Positions 1 to 8,717 of a stretch of 29,035 bases of DNA are shown here, one piece after another. A program made the position numbers and the translations under genes. This DNA comes from a virus (taxonomy: Duplodnaviria; Caudoviricetes), in IMG/VR virus record IMGVR_UViG_3300005805_000335, positions 1 to 29,035 of that record; one strand, written 5' to 3'. The notes beneath the pieces are model-generated. The model was given only the letters and a program-made list of their open reading frames with translations, made no database searches and was not told the DNA's origin. The first letter of the stretch is position 1. Every line of letters starts with the position of its first letter.

Positions 1-75
1 ATTATGACCGTAGGCAAGATGCACGTTAAGGCAATCAAGCCAGAAACACCAGTACCATCTGCAATCAAGGAATAA
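1..75 (+). CDS. 3' end of a small hypothetical protein (truncated by window edge)
   Basis: Frame 1 is open from base 1 (IMTVGKMHVKAIKPETPVPSAIKE) to TAA at 73-75, 3 nt before the next ATG. Confidence 0.5.
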   Translation: MMTVGKMHVKAIKPETPVPSAIKE

Positions 76-78
76 GCA

Positions 79-654
79 ATGCCTCTCGTATCGCGTGCAG
101 TAATCAAGCAGGACTGGCTAAACATCGCAGCAATCGACACCAGCCGCGACGCTCTCATTGATCGTCTTATCGGCTATGTTGACAATGAGATCAAAGACAT
201 CTGCAACCAGCCAATCATTCAGGAAAGCGTAACAGCTTACTACGAAGGCACGCGCGATACGTTGCTATTAACAGGTTATACCGTGCCCGTAACGTTGAGC
301 ACGCTTAAGTACAGAGATAGTTACGGTGATTCTTTTCAGTCCGTTACGGGCACTACTAATCTTGTGGACATACGAGGCGTTAAATACCTGTACCTTGAAG
401 ATGGTTTCATCAACAAGCAGTACGAAGCGGTCATGAGCGTTGGCTATACCAGCACCCCTAGCGTTATAGAAATCTGCGCTGCGGAGATGGTAACGGAGCT
501 GTACATGGAGACCCCATTCGCACCGCAGGCTAACCGCTTTGGCGTTACTGCAATCACGGAAAGCGAAGGCGGTATATCTATCTCAAAGACCTTGCAGGCA
601 ATGCGTAACCGCGTTAAGCCACGACTTGCACCATACACTCGCGTAACAATATGA
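79..654 (+). CDS. Head-tail adaptor/connector protein (HK97 gp6 / SPP1 gp15-like)
   Basis: N-terminal helix 'RDALIDRLIGYVDNEIKDICNQPI' and 'VGYTSTPSVIEICAAEMVTELY' pattern; position after the capsid region; AAGGA upstream. Confidence 0.7.
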   Translation: MPLVSRAVIKQDWLNIAAIDTSRDALIDRLIGYVDNEIKDICNQPIIQESVTAYYEGTRDTLLLTGYTVPVTLSTLKYRDSYGDSFQSVTGTTNLVDIRGVKYLYLEDGFINKQYEAVMSVGYTSTPSVIEICAAEMVTELYMETPFAPQANRFGVTAITESEGGISISKTLQAMRNRVKPRLAPYTRVTI

Positions 655-1154
655 GCGACATCTCACAAAGATTAGCACGGCTAGAACGTGGGATATTGGC
701 AGCGGTCAAGGATGTAGTTCAGGACATCCCAGAAGACTTGCAAGTCTATACCGAGGACTATCTCAACCCAAACGAAGCAGGGCAGAAGACATCAAAGAGT
801 GGGCAGCGTTACTATCCACGACCAAACACAGGCACAAAGCTACGCACGTTGTATGGCAACATATCGCGCTCGCTTGGTCAGGGTGGTAAGGGCAACATCT
901 CAAATGTAGAATTCCGCAATGGCAAGTTTGAAGTTGAGTACGGTTACGATCCGCGCACACCAGTGAAGTCTGGCAAGATAAACCAGACGCTTATGTATGC
1001 GCTGTATAATGAGATGGGCACATCGCGAGCGAAGGCAAGGCCGTTTCTAAAGCCGGGCTTTGCTGCCTACATGCGTGATGCCAACGGATACAAGGCCCTT
1101 ATCAAAGAGCTTGAAACTACAATCGTCGATGAGTTCTTACAGGAGTTCGGATAA
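651..1154 (+). CDS. HK97 gp10-like neck/tail-completion protein
   Basis: Motif 'YALYNEMGTSRAKARPFLKPGF' matches the Y..EfGT..m.a.PFl.Pa signature; ATGA overlap with the previous gene. Confidence 0.8.
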   Translation: MSDISQRLARLERGILAAVKDVVQDIPEDLQVYTEDYLNPNEAGQKTSKSGQRYYPRPNTGTKLRTLYGNISRSLGQGGKGNISNVEFRNGKFEVEYGYDPRTPVKSGKINQTLMYALYNEMGTSRAKARPFLKPGFAAYMRDANGYKALIKELETTIVDEFLQEFG

Positions 1155-1618
1155 TGGCAACCAATTCGATGCAGTACATTGTGGATACAATCATCGACGC
1201 TCTCAACAGCGACGGCAATCTTACGCCGCGTCGTATATGGAGACCAGATGCGTATGAGTCAAACACGACGATCTGCTATCCATACATCAGTCAGATGCAG
1301 TACGACACGGATGCAGAGACGGGCTTGAGCTTGGGGCTTGGGCGTGCATTGGTTGAGATTATGTGTAATGCAATGATTGAAGCAGACCCTAGCGAGCTGG
1401 GCATAGCAAACGAGCGTGCGGGCGATATTGCGAGCCGTATCAAGTACGCACTAGAGCAGTACGATCTGGACGCGCTAGGCAGCAACAACGACGGCAAATT
1501 CTATACCGCTATCACATCAATGCACGTAGACGGTAATGTAGGCAACTTTAACACGGGCAGCAATAAGATACAGATGGGCGTTGCTGCTACTGTAACATTT
1601 GTTATACAACCAGTCTAG
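1154..1618 (+). CDS. Putative tail terminator protein
   Basis: 154 aa acidic protein following the gp10-like gene; alpha/beta pattern; call rests mainly on synteny. Confidence 0.55.
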   Translation: MATNSMQYIVDTIIDALNSDGNLTPRRIWRPDAYESNTTICYPYISQMQYDTDAETGLSLGLGRALVEIMCNAMIEADPSELGIANERAGDIASRIKYALEQYDLDALGSNNDGKFYTAITSMHVDGNVGNFNTGSNKIQMGVAATVTFVIQPV

Positions 1619-1642
1619 GACACATGGACACACAGGACACAC
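1618..1642 (+). repeat. Three tandem GGACACA copies spanning the glycosyltransferase start
   Basis: GGACACA at 1618-1624, 1626-1632 and 1635-1641; the same motif precedes the ATGs at 3052 and 4017. Confidence 0.8.
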
Positions 1643-2373
1643 AACTAGATAGTTTCCCCGTCAGCTTTTGCGTTATCGCATCGCATGACGACATGCACAA
1701 GAGCATGCAGGGGATGCTACGCTCACTACCAAAGAACGCAGAGGTTTGCATCCTGCTAAACAAGCAGGGGCGCGAACATCACGTTACTGATATTGTAGAG
1801 CATACCGACGAGCAGCACACAATCCGTTCGCGTGAATGGACATACGAGAAGGGCAAGTTCAGTTTTGCACAAGCTCGCAATCTATGCGGTCAGATGGCAA
1901 CGAAAGAATGGATATTCTGGATGGACTGCGACGAGTACCTTTGCGAGCAGCAGCACGAAGGCATAGCAGAGGCAACGCTTCGGCACGGCGGCGGCGTAGG
2001 TGGTTTTATGGCAGGGCAAGCGTCGCTGTCATGCTATAAGAAGCTAATCGGCGAAGCAAACGAAAACGAATACTTTAACATCGGGCAACTGCGGATGTAT
2101 CGCAACACACCAGAATTCTACTGGGAAGGTTACGCGCACGAGCAGATTGCACACACTATCCGTGGTGCTGGTTACAGCATCGTAGATACAACTATCACGA
2201 TCGCACACAATGGTTACAGCGGCGATCCTGAAGTGCTCAAGAAGAAGCTCATACGCAACACCACTCTGATCGGCAGATGGTTAGCAGAGAACAACGAAGA
2301 GCACGGACTGCATACATTCTATCGCGATACATACGTTCGCGATTTAACAGCACTAATTAAAATGGAGAAATGA
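1624..2373 (+). CDS. Family 2 glycosyltransferase (GT-A fold; SunS/GmaR/flagellin-GT-like catalytic domain, no TPR tail)
   Basis: Motifs SFCVIA, FSFAQARN, WIFWMDCDE (DxD), YWEGYAHEQI, IAHNGY and K..RN..L appear in the canonical order. Confidence 0.85.
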   Translation: MDTQDTQLDSFPVSFCVIASHDDMHKSMQGMLRSLPKNAEVCILLNKQGREHHVTDIVEHTDEQHTIRSREWTYEKGKFSFAQARNLCGQMATKEWIFWMDCDEYLCEQQHEGIAEATLRHGGGVGGFMAGQASLSCYKKLIGEANENEYFNIGQLRMYRNTPEFYWEGYAHEQIAHTIRGAGYSIVDTTITIAHNGYSGDPEVLKKKLIRNTTLIGRWLAENNEEHGLHTFYRDTYVRDLTALIKMEK

Positions 2374-2374
2374 A

Positions 2375-2965
2375 ATGGCACTATCTGGATATGTAATCAA
2401 TGGTGGTCGTAAGGCAGAGTTCTTTACGGTTACTGTTGGTACAACACAGACAACCTTTGCATCGACTACTCCTGTCTATACGTGTAACTCACAGATCACG
2501 TCAGACGGAGCTAACGATGACAATGGTATTCGCACATGGACTCTCGACCAAGTACAGGCAGACTCGCTTTATTGGTCATTTGTCCAGACATACGCACCTG
2601 CTTCTACCTCATCAGCTACAACAGAAGAGCTGACGATGGAAGACGGCGAAATCATCAGCGGTGCATCTGCTGGTAGCACGACTCTTGCTATGCTTGTACG
2701 TGGTGCTACTATATCAGGTGGTACAAACGATGGGAACCGCCTCGCATGGGCTGGTCTTGTTAAGGTTGCAAAGTCATCTGGCTCTGTAAACTTTGCCGGT
2801 ACAGCTTATGTTAAGCCAACGCTTACGGCTATTGCAACGAGCATCACAACTGACTTGCTTGTACCTTCTGCTGTTCTTACGTCGTACACATCGACAACAG
2901 CAACAAGCGTAACGATTGCAGCAGCATCTTACCCATACGGCAAGATGCTTGTTAACCTTGCGTAA
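2375..2965 (+). CDS. Putative tail tube (major tail) protein, Ser/Thr-rich
   Basis: 196 aa, beta-rich, upstream of the chaperone/tape-measure genes and followed by a terminator; about 28% S+T by hand count. Confidence 0.7.
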   Translation: MALSGYVINGGRKAEFFTVTVGTTQTTFASTTPVYTCNSQITSDGANDDNGIRTWTLDQVQADSLYWSFVQTYAPASTSSATTEELTMEDGEIISGASAGSTTLAMLVRGATISGGTNDGNRLAWAGLVKVAKSSGSVNFAGTAYVKPTLTAIATSITTDLLVPSAVLTSYTSTTATSVTIAAASYPYGKMLVNLA

Positions 2966-2988
2966 TTAAGCGTAGTAATACGCATACT

Positions 2989-3040
2989 GGGGGCTGGTGC
3001 TGCTGATCTGTGTCCCAGCAGTTACTGGCCCCCTATTTTT
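2989..3040 (+). terminator. Intrinsic terminator/attenuator after the tail tube gene
   Basis: Stem GGGGGCTGGTGCTGCTG / CAGCAGTTACTGGCCCCC, loop ATCTGTGTCC, then TATTTTT. It is preceded by a GCGTA-GTAA-TACGC GNRA hairpin (2970-2983). Confidence 0.75.
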
Positions 3041-3051
3041 AAGGACACACA

Positions 3052-3663
3052 ATGAAACTAAACGGCATTGAAATAGACCATCTACCGGTCACGCTACGCA
3101 ATCAGCAGATTTGCAAGGACTGGTATCAGCGCATTAGCAATCACATACAGCAACGTAGCGTTGAGTACATGCTCCGCACGATTGCGCGATTGCGGCACGG
3201 TAGCGAAGAGTTAGCCGAGCTAATAGACGAAGTGGGCATGGTCAACAACGTAACGCTTCAGGCGCGAATTACGGGGCTAATAGAGGCACATAAAGCGCAG
3301 CACGAATACGAGAATGAGCAGCGCAAAGAGGCAAAGCAGCCAGAGCTGGAATATGAGCCGATGACGCAGGAAGCAGCGAAGGCAATAGCAGAGCAGGAAC
3401 TGAAAGACTCGCTCGTGGTGCTGCTAAAAGATAGCCCCGAAATAGGACGTCAGATGTACTTCAACCTAGATGCTTTCCCGCAGACGATGGAGTCGATGTT
3501 ATTGGGCATTGACTGCATACGCGCTACGCTCGATTATAGCAAGCTGACAGAGCAAGAATCGGACGCTATCAAGAGCGCAAACGACAGCGAATTTTGGCAG
3601 GACGTGACGGCCTCGGAGGTGGCTCAATACGTTGACCGATTTCGCAGCTCACACAAGCAATGA
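3052..3663 (+). CDS. Tail assembly chaperone (gpG-like)
   Basis: Helical acidic protein, first ORF between the tail tube and tape measure genes. Confidence 0.65.
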   Translation: MKLNGIEIDHLPVTLRNQQICKDWYQRISNHIQQRSVEYMLRTIARLRHGSEELAELIDEVGMVNNVTLQARITGLIEAHKAQHEYENEQRKEAKQPELEYEPMTQEAAKAIAEQELKDSLVVLLKDSPEIGRQMYFNLDAFPQTMESMLLGIDCIRATLDYSKLTEQESDAIKSANDSEFWQDVTASEVAQYVDRFRSSHKQ

Positions 3664-4027
3664 ACTTTTTGAAGTTTGGCGGGTAACATTGTGGAAAATT
3701 CACGATGTGAAGCTGTTAGACAAGTACGGATTCTCACAAGAGCATCCTAATTTTACAATGGACATAGACGATAACTATACCGACACGTTACCAGCTACCG
3801 CATCATCTATGGCAATGGCTCTGCAATACGCTCCCGAATGGGGATTGAGTTACTACGAAGTAATGGATATGGCGTATGCGGAATTCTACAAGCTGGTAAA
3901 CATCCAAAAAGCAATTAATTACAAAAAGCCGTGGTGGACTGGAGATGCGGGCGAGCAGGCCTATGTCTACGAGAAAGCCAGCGGCAAGCGTCTCAACAAA
4001 CCTCGAAGGACACACAATGAATTTTGA
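3632..4027 (+). CDS. Tail assembly chaperone gpT-like segment (probably reached by +1 frameshift, or from TTG 3632)
   Basis: Overlaps the end of the preceding ORF in the +1 frame (open from 3608). 'APEWGLSYYEVMDMAYAEFYKL' resembles gpT-type helices. Confidence 0.55.
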   Translation: MTDFAAHTSNELFEVWRVTLWKIHDVKLLDKYGFSQEHPNFTMDIDDNYTDTLPATASSMAMALQYAPEWGLSYYEVMDMAYAEFYKLVNIQKAINYKKPWWTGDAGEQAYVYEKASGKRLNKPRRTHNEF

Positions 4028-4454
4028 ACCTATCCCGCTATCAGTAGCGAACGCGAAGCTCCTGCAGGAATGGCAAGGGCACATTCAGCAATACATAGCA
4101 GACCATGCACGTACACGCATTATGGAAAGCGTAACGGCTATGTATAATGAAGACCCATCATTTGCAGAAGTGGTGAATAAGGCCATCGAAAACGGCGGCA
4201 ACTACGAAGATGTGGACATCCAGCAATGGGCAAAGAGCAATATCGACAAGGCTATGAAGTTTCGCCAGAGCTTGCACACGCTACCGCATACTATGAGTGC
4301 GCTGAATCTTGGTATTGACTGCATCAAAGCCACAGCGGATAGGACAAAGCTTTCGGAGCAGGACGCAAAAGATTTTGACAATGAAGATTTCTGGCTGCAC
4401 GTTTCGATGGCGGATGTGCAGAAATACTGCAATAAAATACTGGATATGAAGTAA
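4017..4454 (+). CDS. Paralog of the gpG-like chaperone (145 aa; start revised to ATG 4017)
   Basis: Shares 'TM....LGIDCI.AT.D..KL.EQ' and 'FW..V....V..Y' with 3052..3663, and has the identical upstream AAGGACACACAATG. Confidence 0.75.
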   Translation: MNFEPIPLSVANAKLLQEWQGHIQQYIADHARTRIMESVTAMYNEDPSFAEVVNKAIENGGNYEDVDIQQWAKSNIDKAMKFRQSLHTLPHTMSALNLGIDCIKATADRTKLSEQDAKDFDNEDFWLHVSMADVQKYCNKILDMK

Positions 4455-7400
4455 TGGCAGAAAAAGCTACCGTCGGGATAAACCTAGATATTAAAGGTTT
4501 GCTCGCATCAATAAACGACGCTGTTAAAGCAATAGGCAAGCTAACAGGTGCAAAGCCAGTTGTCAAGGTCAGCGTTGATGATAAACAGGTTGATGACGCA
4601 GAAAAGAAGATAGATGATCTGTCTTCTACCCAGACGGTAAAGGTAGATGTAGACACGAAAAATGTAGACAAGCAGATAGACCAATCAACAGGAAAGCTTA
4701 GTTCCTTTGCTTCTGGTGTTGGTGGTGCTATCGGCGGCTTTGCTCTTAACGCATTGAGTGGCCTTGCTACCGGCTTGAAAGAAGGTGCTCTTGCTGCTGA
4801 TAACTTCGGCGATTCATTAGCAGTAGCGTTCCAGCAGCAGGGCATAGCAGACGTAGACGCGGAAATAAAGAAGGTAAGTGACAGCGCAGTAACGCTTGCG
4901 AATAACTTGGGGCTTCCTGCTGCTCGCACAAAGGAGCTAGCGGTAAATGTTGCCACATTGGGCGGGGTATCAGGACAGCAGGCGGCTGATCTTACAAAGC
5001 TTTCCGCAGGCCTCGAAGTATTTACAGACGGCGCTGTTAAGGGAGAGGCGGTAGTCAAAGCATTTTCGCGAGGCATTGCTGATCCCGAAGGTGCAGCTGC
5101 TATCGAGAACCTGACAAAGAAATATCCGCAACTTGCGGAGGTTCTTAAGTCTAACCTATCACCAGCTGAAAAATTAGCAAAGGCAAATCTTGCGCTAGGC
5201 AATTCATTTGCAGAGGTCGAAGCGCAGCAGGCGGACGCAGGCGGTGCGCTAAATAAGATCAGCAACACCGTAGACGAAGCATTTGCCAATATAGGCACGC
5301 AAGTGCTGGAGGCATTAGCCCCGCTTGCCAACGCTATCGTGCCAATTACGGAAGCAATTATATCAGCGTTTGAAGTGCTAGGCCCTATCATTGCCGGCAT
5401 TGTAGATAACTTTGATATTTTAGGGCCTATTGTCTTAACTGCTGCGGCTGCTTATGGCGCATATACATTAGCAGTAAATGCGAGCGCATTGGCAACTACG
5501 ATTGCTACAACGGCGACGACGGCATGGAACGCAGTTCTTGCGTTGAACCCCGTGGGCCTTGTTGCTGCCGCTGTTGTAGCTGCTACGGCTGGCGTGATTG
5601 CTCTGGCAGATGCTTTCAACGAAAGCGCTGAGGAAGCGCTGGCAAATGCCGAAGCTGAAAAGAAGATGATCGAGGGGCAGATCAAGAGCAATAAGGAGCG
5701 CACGAAAACAGTCGAAGGTAACAAGACGCTTGTCAAGGAATACGAGAAGCTGGCGACCAAAACAAAGCGTACTGCTGACGAAGAGAAACGGCTTGAGACT
5801 ATCCAGCGCGATCTTAACAAGCAATACCCAGACCTGATAGATGCCACAAAGAGCTTTGGTGCAAATCTTGATGGCGTAAAAAAGATAGGCGAATCTGTAA
5901 ACAAAGAGCTTGATAATCTAGGCAAGCAGGCTAATGATCTTGCGGACAGGTTGCAGAAGTCTACGCAGCGAGTAGCAAAATCGTCAGCACTTGTGGCAGT
6001 AGAAGCATTAACTGACGAAGCATCTGGGCCGTGGTATACGCTAGGTGTTGCTATTACAGATACGCAACGAAAAACAAAAGCGATAGCAGATCAGTTTGCG
6101 CGTGGATTGCAGACGGCAAAAACAGTTCAGGACGTGCAAAGTTTGGAAGCTGCATTTACGGAACAGGTCGAAAAGCTGGCTATTGGCGAAGAGGATCGCG
6201 AGAAGCTATACGCTAAAGGATCGGCGGCAGCACAGAAGTTTATTAGCTTTTTGGATCTTGTCAACAACGCACAAAAAGCGGTAAATGACACGAATGCTGA
6301 AGCTCCACCGCCACCCAAGGTTTTAGCTGACCCTGACAAAATCAAGGCAGCGGCTGATGCGTTAGCCAAAGCAAAAGAAGAACTAGCTGCACTTAACAAT
6401 CAGCTCAAGAAAAATGCAGAGATAACCAAAGATGAAACTATCGAAGATCTGCGTGCTCGTGAACTTGCCAAGCTGGAGACAGAGCGCAAATTTGCAGCTG
6501 ATAGCGTAGAAGCCGAACGTAAAAAGATTACAGACAAGGGCGAGCTAGGGGCAGTACAGCAGGAGATTATCAACAAAAAGCTGTTGCTGATTGAGGATCA
6601 GTTCCAAAAAGACAAAGCCGCTATTGAAGGCAAGTACAATGTTGAAGAGCTGAAGAAAGCACAGGAGCAGGCCGCTAAAATTGAGGAGATCAACAGACGG
6701 CTCGCAGATCAGGAACTGGCACGACTAAAAGAAAAGTTCGGCGCTGGCGACAACGGCATTGCCGGTGCATTGTTGAGCGCACAGAAATCAGCAATAGAGC
6801 GTGGGCTGACTGCCACGATTGACGCTATCATTGCATCTACGCCTGAGTACGCTGCTGCTATTGCGAAGATTAACAAAGAGATAGAGCAGGGCTTGCTAAA
6901 TCCTGCCGATTATGCAGAGCGTACGAACAAAGTACGAGCAGAGATACTTGCACGTTTGCAGTCTCTACCATCCGATACGTCGAATGTCTACGCTTTGCAG
7001 ATTCGCGCAGCATACCAGCAGAGCGCGGACGAGATTGCAAAGGGTACGGCGGATATTGTAGCGCAGATCAGGCAGCAGCAGGTCAAGCAGGCAGGCGAGA
7101 TATTCGCGGACTCATTGCGCGGCATTGGTGAAGCTCTGCGTTCGGTAGATTTTGCGACTATCTACGGCGAAGCTGCGGACAAAGCAGCGGCGTTGAATGA
7201 AGAGCAAGAGAAGCTAATCGAGAACTTGCAGGATGGTACGGCAACCTATCAGGAATCGGTAGATCAGCTCGCTAACTTGCAATCACAACAGGAAGAAACG
7301 GCGAGCGCGACCGCTACGGCTATCTCGCAGGCATTCCAAGCTATTGCAGACCAGCAGGCACAGGCAGCACAGGACGGTATTAATACGGTTAACGCTGCAC

Positions 7401-8221
7401 TAGAACGTAGAAAAGAGATAGCAAAACAAGAGATTGACCTTGAAAAACTAAAGGCGGCGGAAGTTAAGGCGCTGCAAGATCAGGGTATCAAGGACAAGGA
7501 AGTTTACGAGGCGGCACTCAAGGCGATTGAAGATAAGTACACGCAAGATCGGGCTAATCTTAAGAAGGAAGATGAAAAGCTAGCCAAAGAATCAGCAGAG
7601 GTACAGAGCGCCGCACTTGACCAAATAGCAGTATCTGCGGGCGCTGCCTTTGCATCGCTTGTGGCAGGCGGTGAAAGCGCAGGAGAGGCACTTAAGAAAG
7701 TAGTGGGTTCAACTGTTAGCGCATTGCTTGACCTTTACACTCCGTCGATTGTGGCTTTGTTCAGCTCGGTAATCCCGCCTCCATTCGGACAGATTGCAGG
7801 ATTGGCCGCCGTGCAAGCGTTGAAGGCCCTGCTTAATTCTGCATTGTCTGGCTTTGAAGAGGGCGGTTACACAGGCAACGGCGGCACAAAGCAAGTAGCG
7901 GGCGTAGTACACGGACAAGAGTTCGTGATGACCGCAGAGACAACACGCAAGAACCGGGCGCTGCTTGAGCACTTGCATAGTGGCAAATCGCTTGAGTCGT
8001 TCCCTGCTTTGCAGAAGATGCTAGCAGATAACCAGATCAGCACGATACCAGTAACGGAATTGCAGCTTATGCGCTCGGAGCTATCGGCTATTCGGCAGCG
8101 TCTGGACTCAATGCCGAATGGTATACAAGGTAATATGGGCGTAGATGTGCAAGTAGGCATGGATACATATCTTTACGAGCGCGACCGCTCACGAATGATT
8201 GCAAGAAAGTTGAGAGGATAA
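4454..8221 (+). CDS. Tail tape measure protein
   Basis: 1255 aa Ala-rich coiled coil with a hydrophobic segment 'AWNAVLALNPVGLVAAAVVA' and C-terminal 'GFEEGGYTG...AGVVHGQEFV' motif. Confidence 0.92.
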   Translation: MAEKATVGINLDIKGLLASINDAVKAIGKLTGAKPVVKVSVDDKQVDDAEKKIDDLSSTQTVKVDVDTKNVDKQIDQSTGKLSSFASGVGGAIGGFALNALSGLATGLKEGALAADNFGDSLAVAFQQQGIADVDAEIKKVSDSAVTLANNLGLPAARTKELAVNVATLGGVSGQQAADLTKLSAGLEVFTDGAVKGEAVVKAFSRGIADPEGAAAIENLTKKYPQLAEVLKSNLSPAEKLAKANLALGNSFAEVEAQQADAGGALNKISNTVDEAFANIGTQVLEALAPLANAIVPITEAIISAFEVLGPIIAGIVDNFDILGPIVLTAAAAYGAYTLAVNASALATTIATTATTAWNAVLALNPVGLVAAAVVAATAGVIALADAFNESAEEALANAEAEKKMIEGQIKSNKERTKTVEGNKTLVKEYEKLATKTKRTADEEKRLETIQRDLNKQYPDLIDATKSFGANLDGVKKIGESVNKELDNLGKQANDLADRLQKSTQRVAKSSALVAVEALTDEASGPWYTLGVAITDTQRKTKAIADQFARGLQTAKTVQDVQSLEAAFTEQVEKLAIGEEDREKLYAKGSAAAQKFISFLDLVNNAQKAVNDTNAEAPPPPKVLADPDKIKAAADALAKAKEELAALNNQLKKNAEITKDETIEDLRARELAKLETERKFAADSVEAERKKITDKGELGAVQQEIINKKLLLIEDQFQKDKAAIEGKYNVEELKKAQEQAAKIEEINRRLADQELARLKEKFGAGDNGIAGALLSAQKSAIERGLTATIDAIIASTPEYAAAIAKINKEIEQGLLNPADYAERTNKVRAEILARLQSLPSDTSNVYALQIRAAYQQSADEIAKGTADIVAQIRQQQVKQAGEIFADSLRGIGEALRSVDFATIYGEAADKAAALNEEQEKLIENLQDGTATYQESVDQLANLQSQQEETASATATAISQAFQAIADQQAQAAQDGINTVNAALERRKEIAKQEIDLEKLKAAEVKALQDQGIKDKEVYEAALKAIEDKYTQDRANLKKEDEKLAKESAEVQSAALDQIAVSAGAAFASLVAGGESAGEALKKVVGSTVSALLDLYTPSIVALFSSVIPPPFGQIAGLAAVQALKALLNSALSGFEEGGYTGNGGTKQVAGVVHGQEFVMTAETTRKNRALLEHLHSGKSLESFPALQKMLADNQISTIPVTELQLMRSELSAIRQRLDSMPNGIQGNMGVDVQVGMDTYLYERDRSRMIARKLRG

Positions 8222-8222
8222 G

Positions 8223-8717
8223 ATGCCAGCAAAGAGTAACTGGACTATGACGCTGTACGGCAGCAATACTGATACGGCAACAATACCGGCAACCGTAGAT
8301 GCTACTTATGGCGGTGCTTTGATGTTGATTTCATCGCTCACAACACCAACAAGCAAAAGCGTTTACATCCTTGCGCCGCAGTTTGACTATGTGTTCAACA
8401 CAGGCACGCTTGAAGATGTAAGCGGCACGGTGCTTGGCTTTACAGATCGGCGTATACAGTTCCAAATTGAAACCTATCCATTTAGCTACGACGCAACAGC
8501 GGTAACGCTTGAACAGGATATGGAAGATTTGATAGCGCTTGCCAACATCGTAAAGGATAAAGACTACCTATACCTTCGCGTAGATGGCGGCTCGCGTGCA
8601 TACCCAGCGGCAACGTATGTATATCCAGTCACGCTTACCTCATGGAACACGGCGATCAATAAGCAGTTTGGTAACCGTACATTAACACTCACGTTTGAGC
8701 ATAGAAAGCGCGACTAA
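8223..8717 (+). CDS. Putative distal tail protein
   Basis: 164 aa beta-rich ORF directly after the tape measure gene (synteny only). Confidence 0.5.
   Translation: MPAKSNWTMTLYGSNTDTATIPATVDATYGGALMLISSLTTPTSKSVYILAPQFDYVFNTGTLEDVSGTVLGFTDRRIQFQIETYPFSYDATAVTLEQDMEDLIALANIVKDKDYLYLRVDGGSRAYPAATYVYPVTLTSWNTAINKQFGNRTLTLTFEHRKRD

Noticed and set aside
3660-3686. ATG overlapping the gpG stop as the start of the next gene, or a -1 frameshift product
   Set aside because: That frame gives only 8 codons (MNFLKFGG) before TAA.
3690-3698. DnaA-box match (TTTTCCACA on the minus strand)
   Set aside because: Single copy inside coding sequence, expected by chance; no cluster.
3945-4016. ORF-track N-terminal extension of the chaperone paralog
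   Set aside because: Similarity to the paralog and the AAGGACACACA motif both support ATG 4017.
4324-6399. Long minus-strand ORFs (4324..5400, 5452..5925, 6127..6399)
   Set aside because: Antisense shadows of the Ala-rich tape measure gene with no recognisable motifs.
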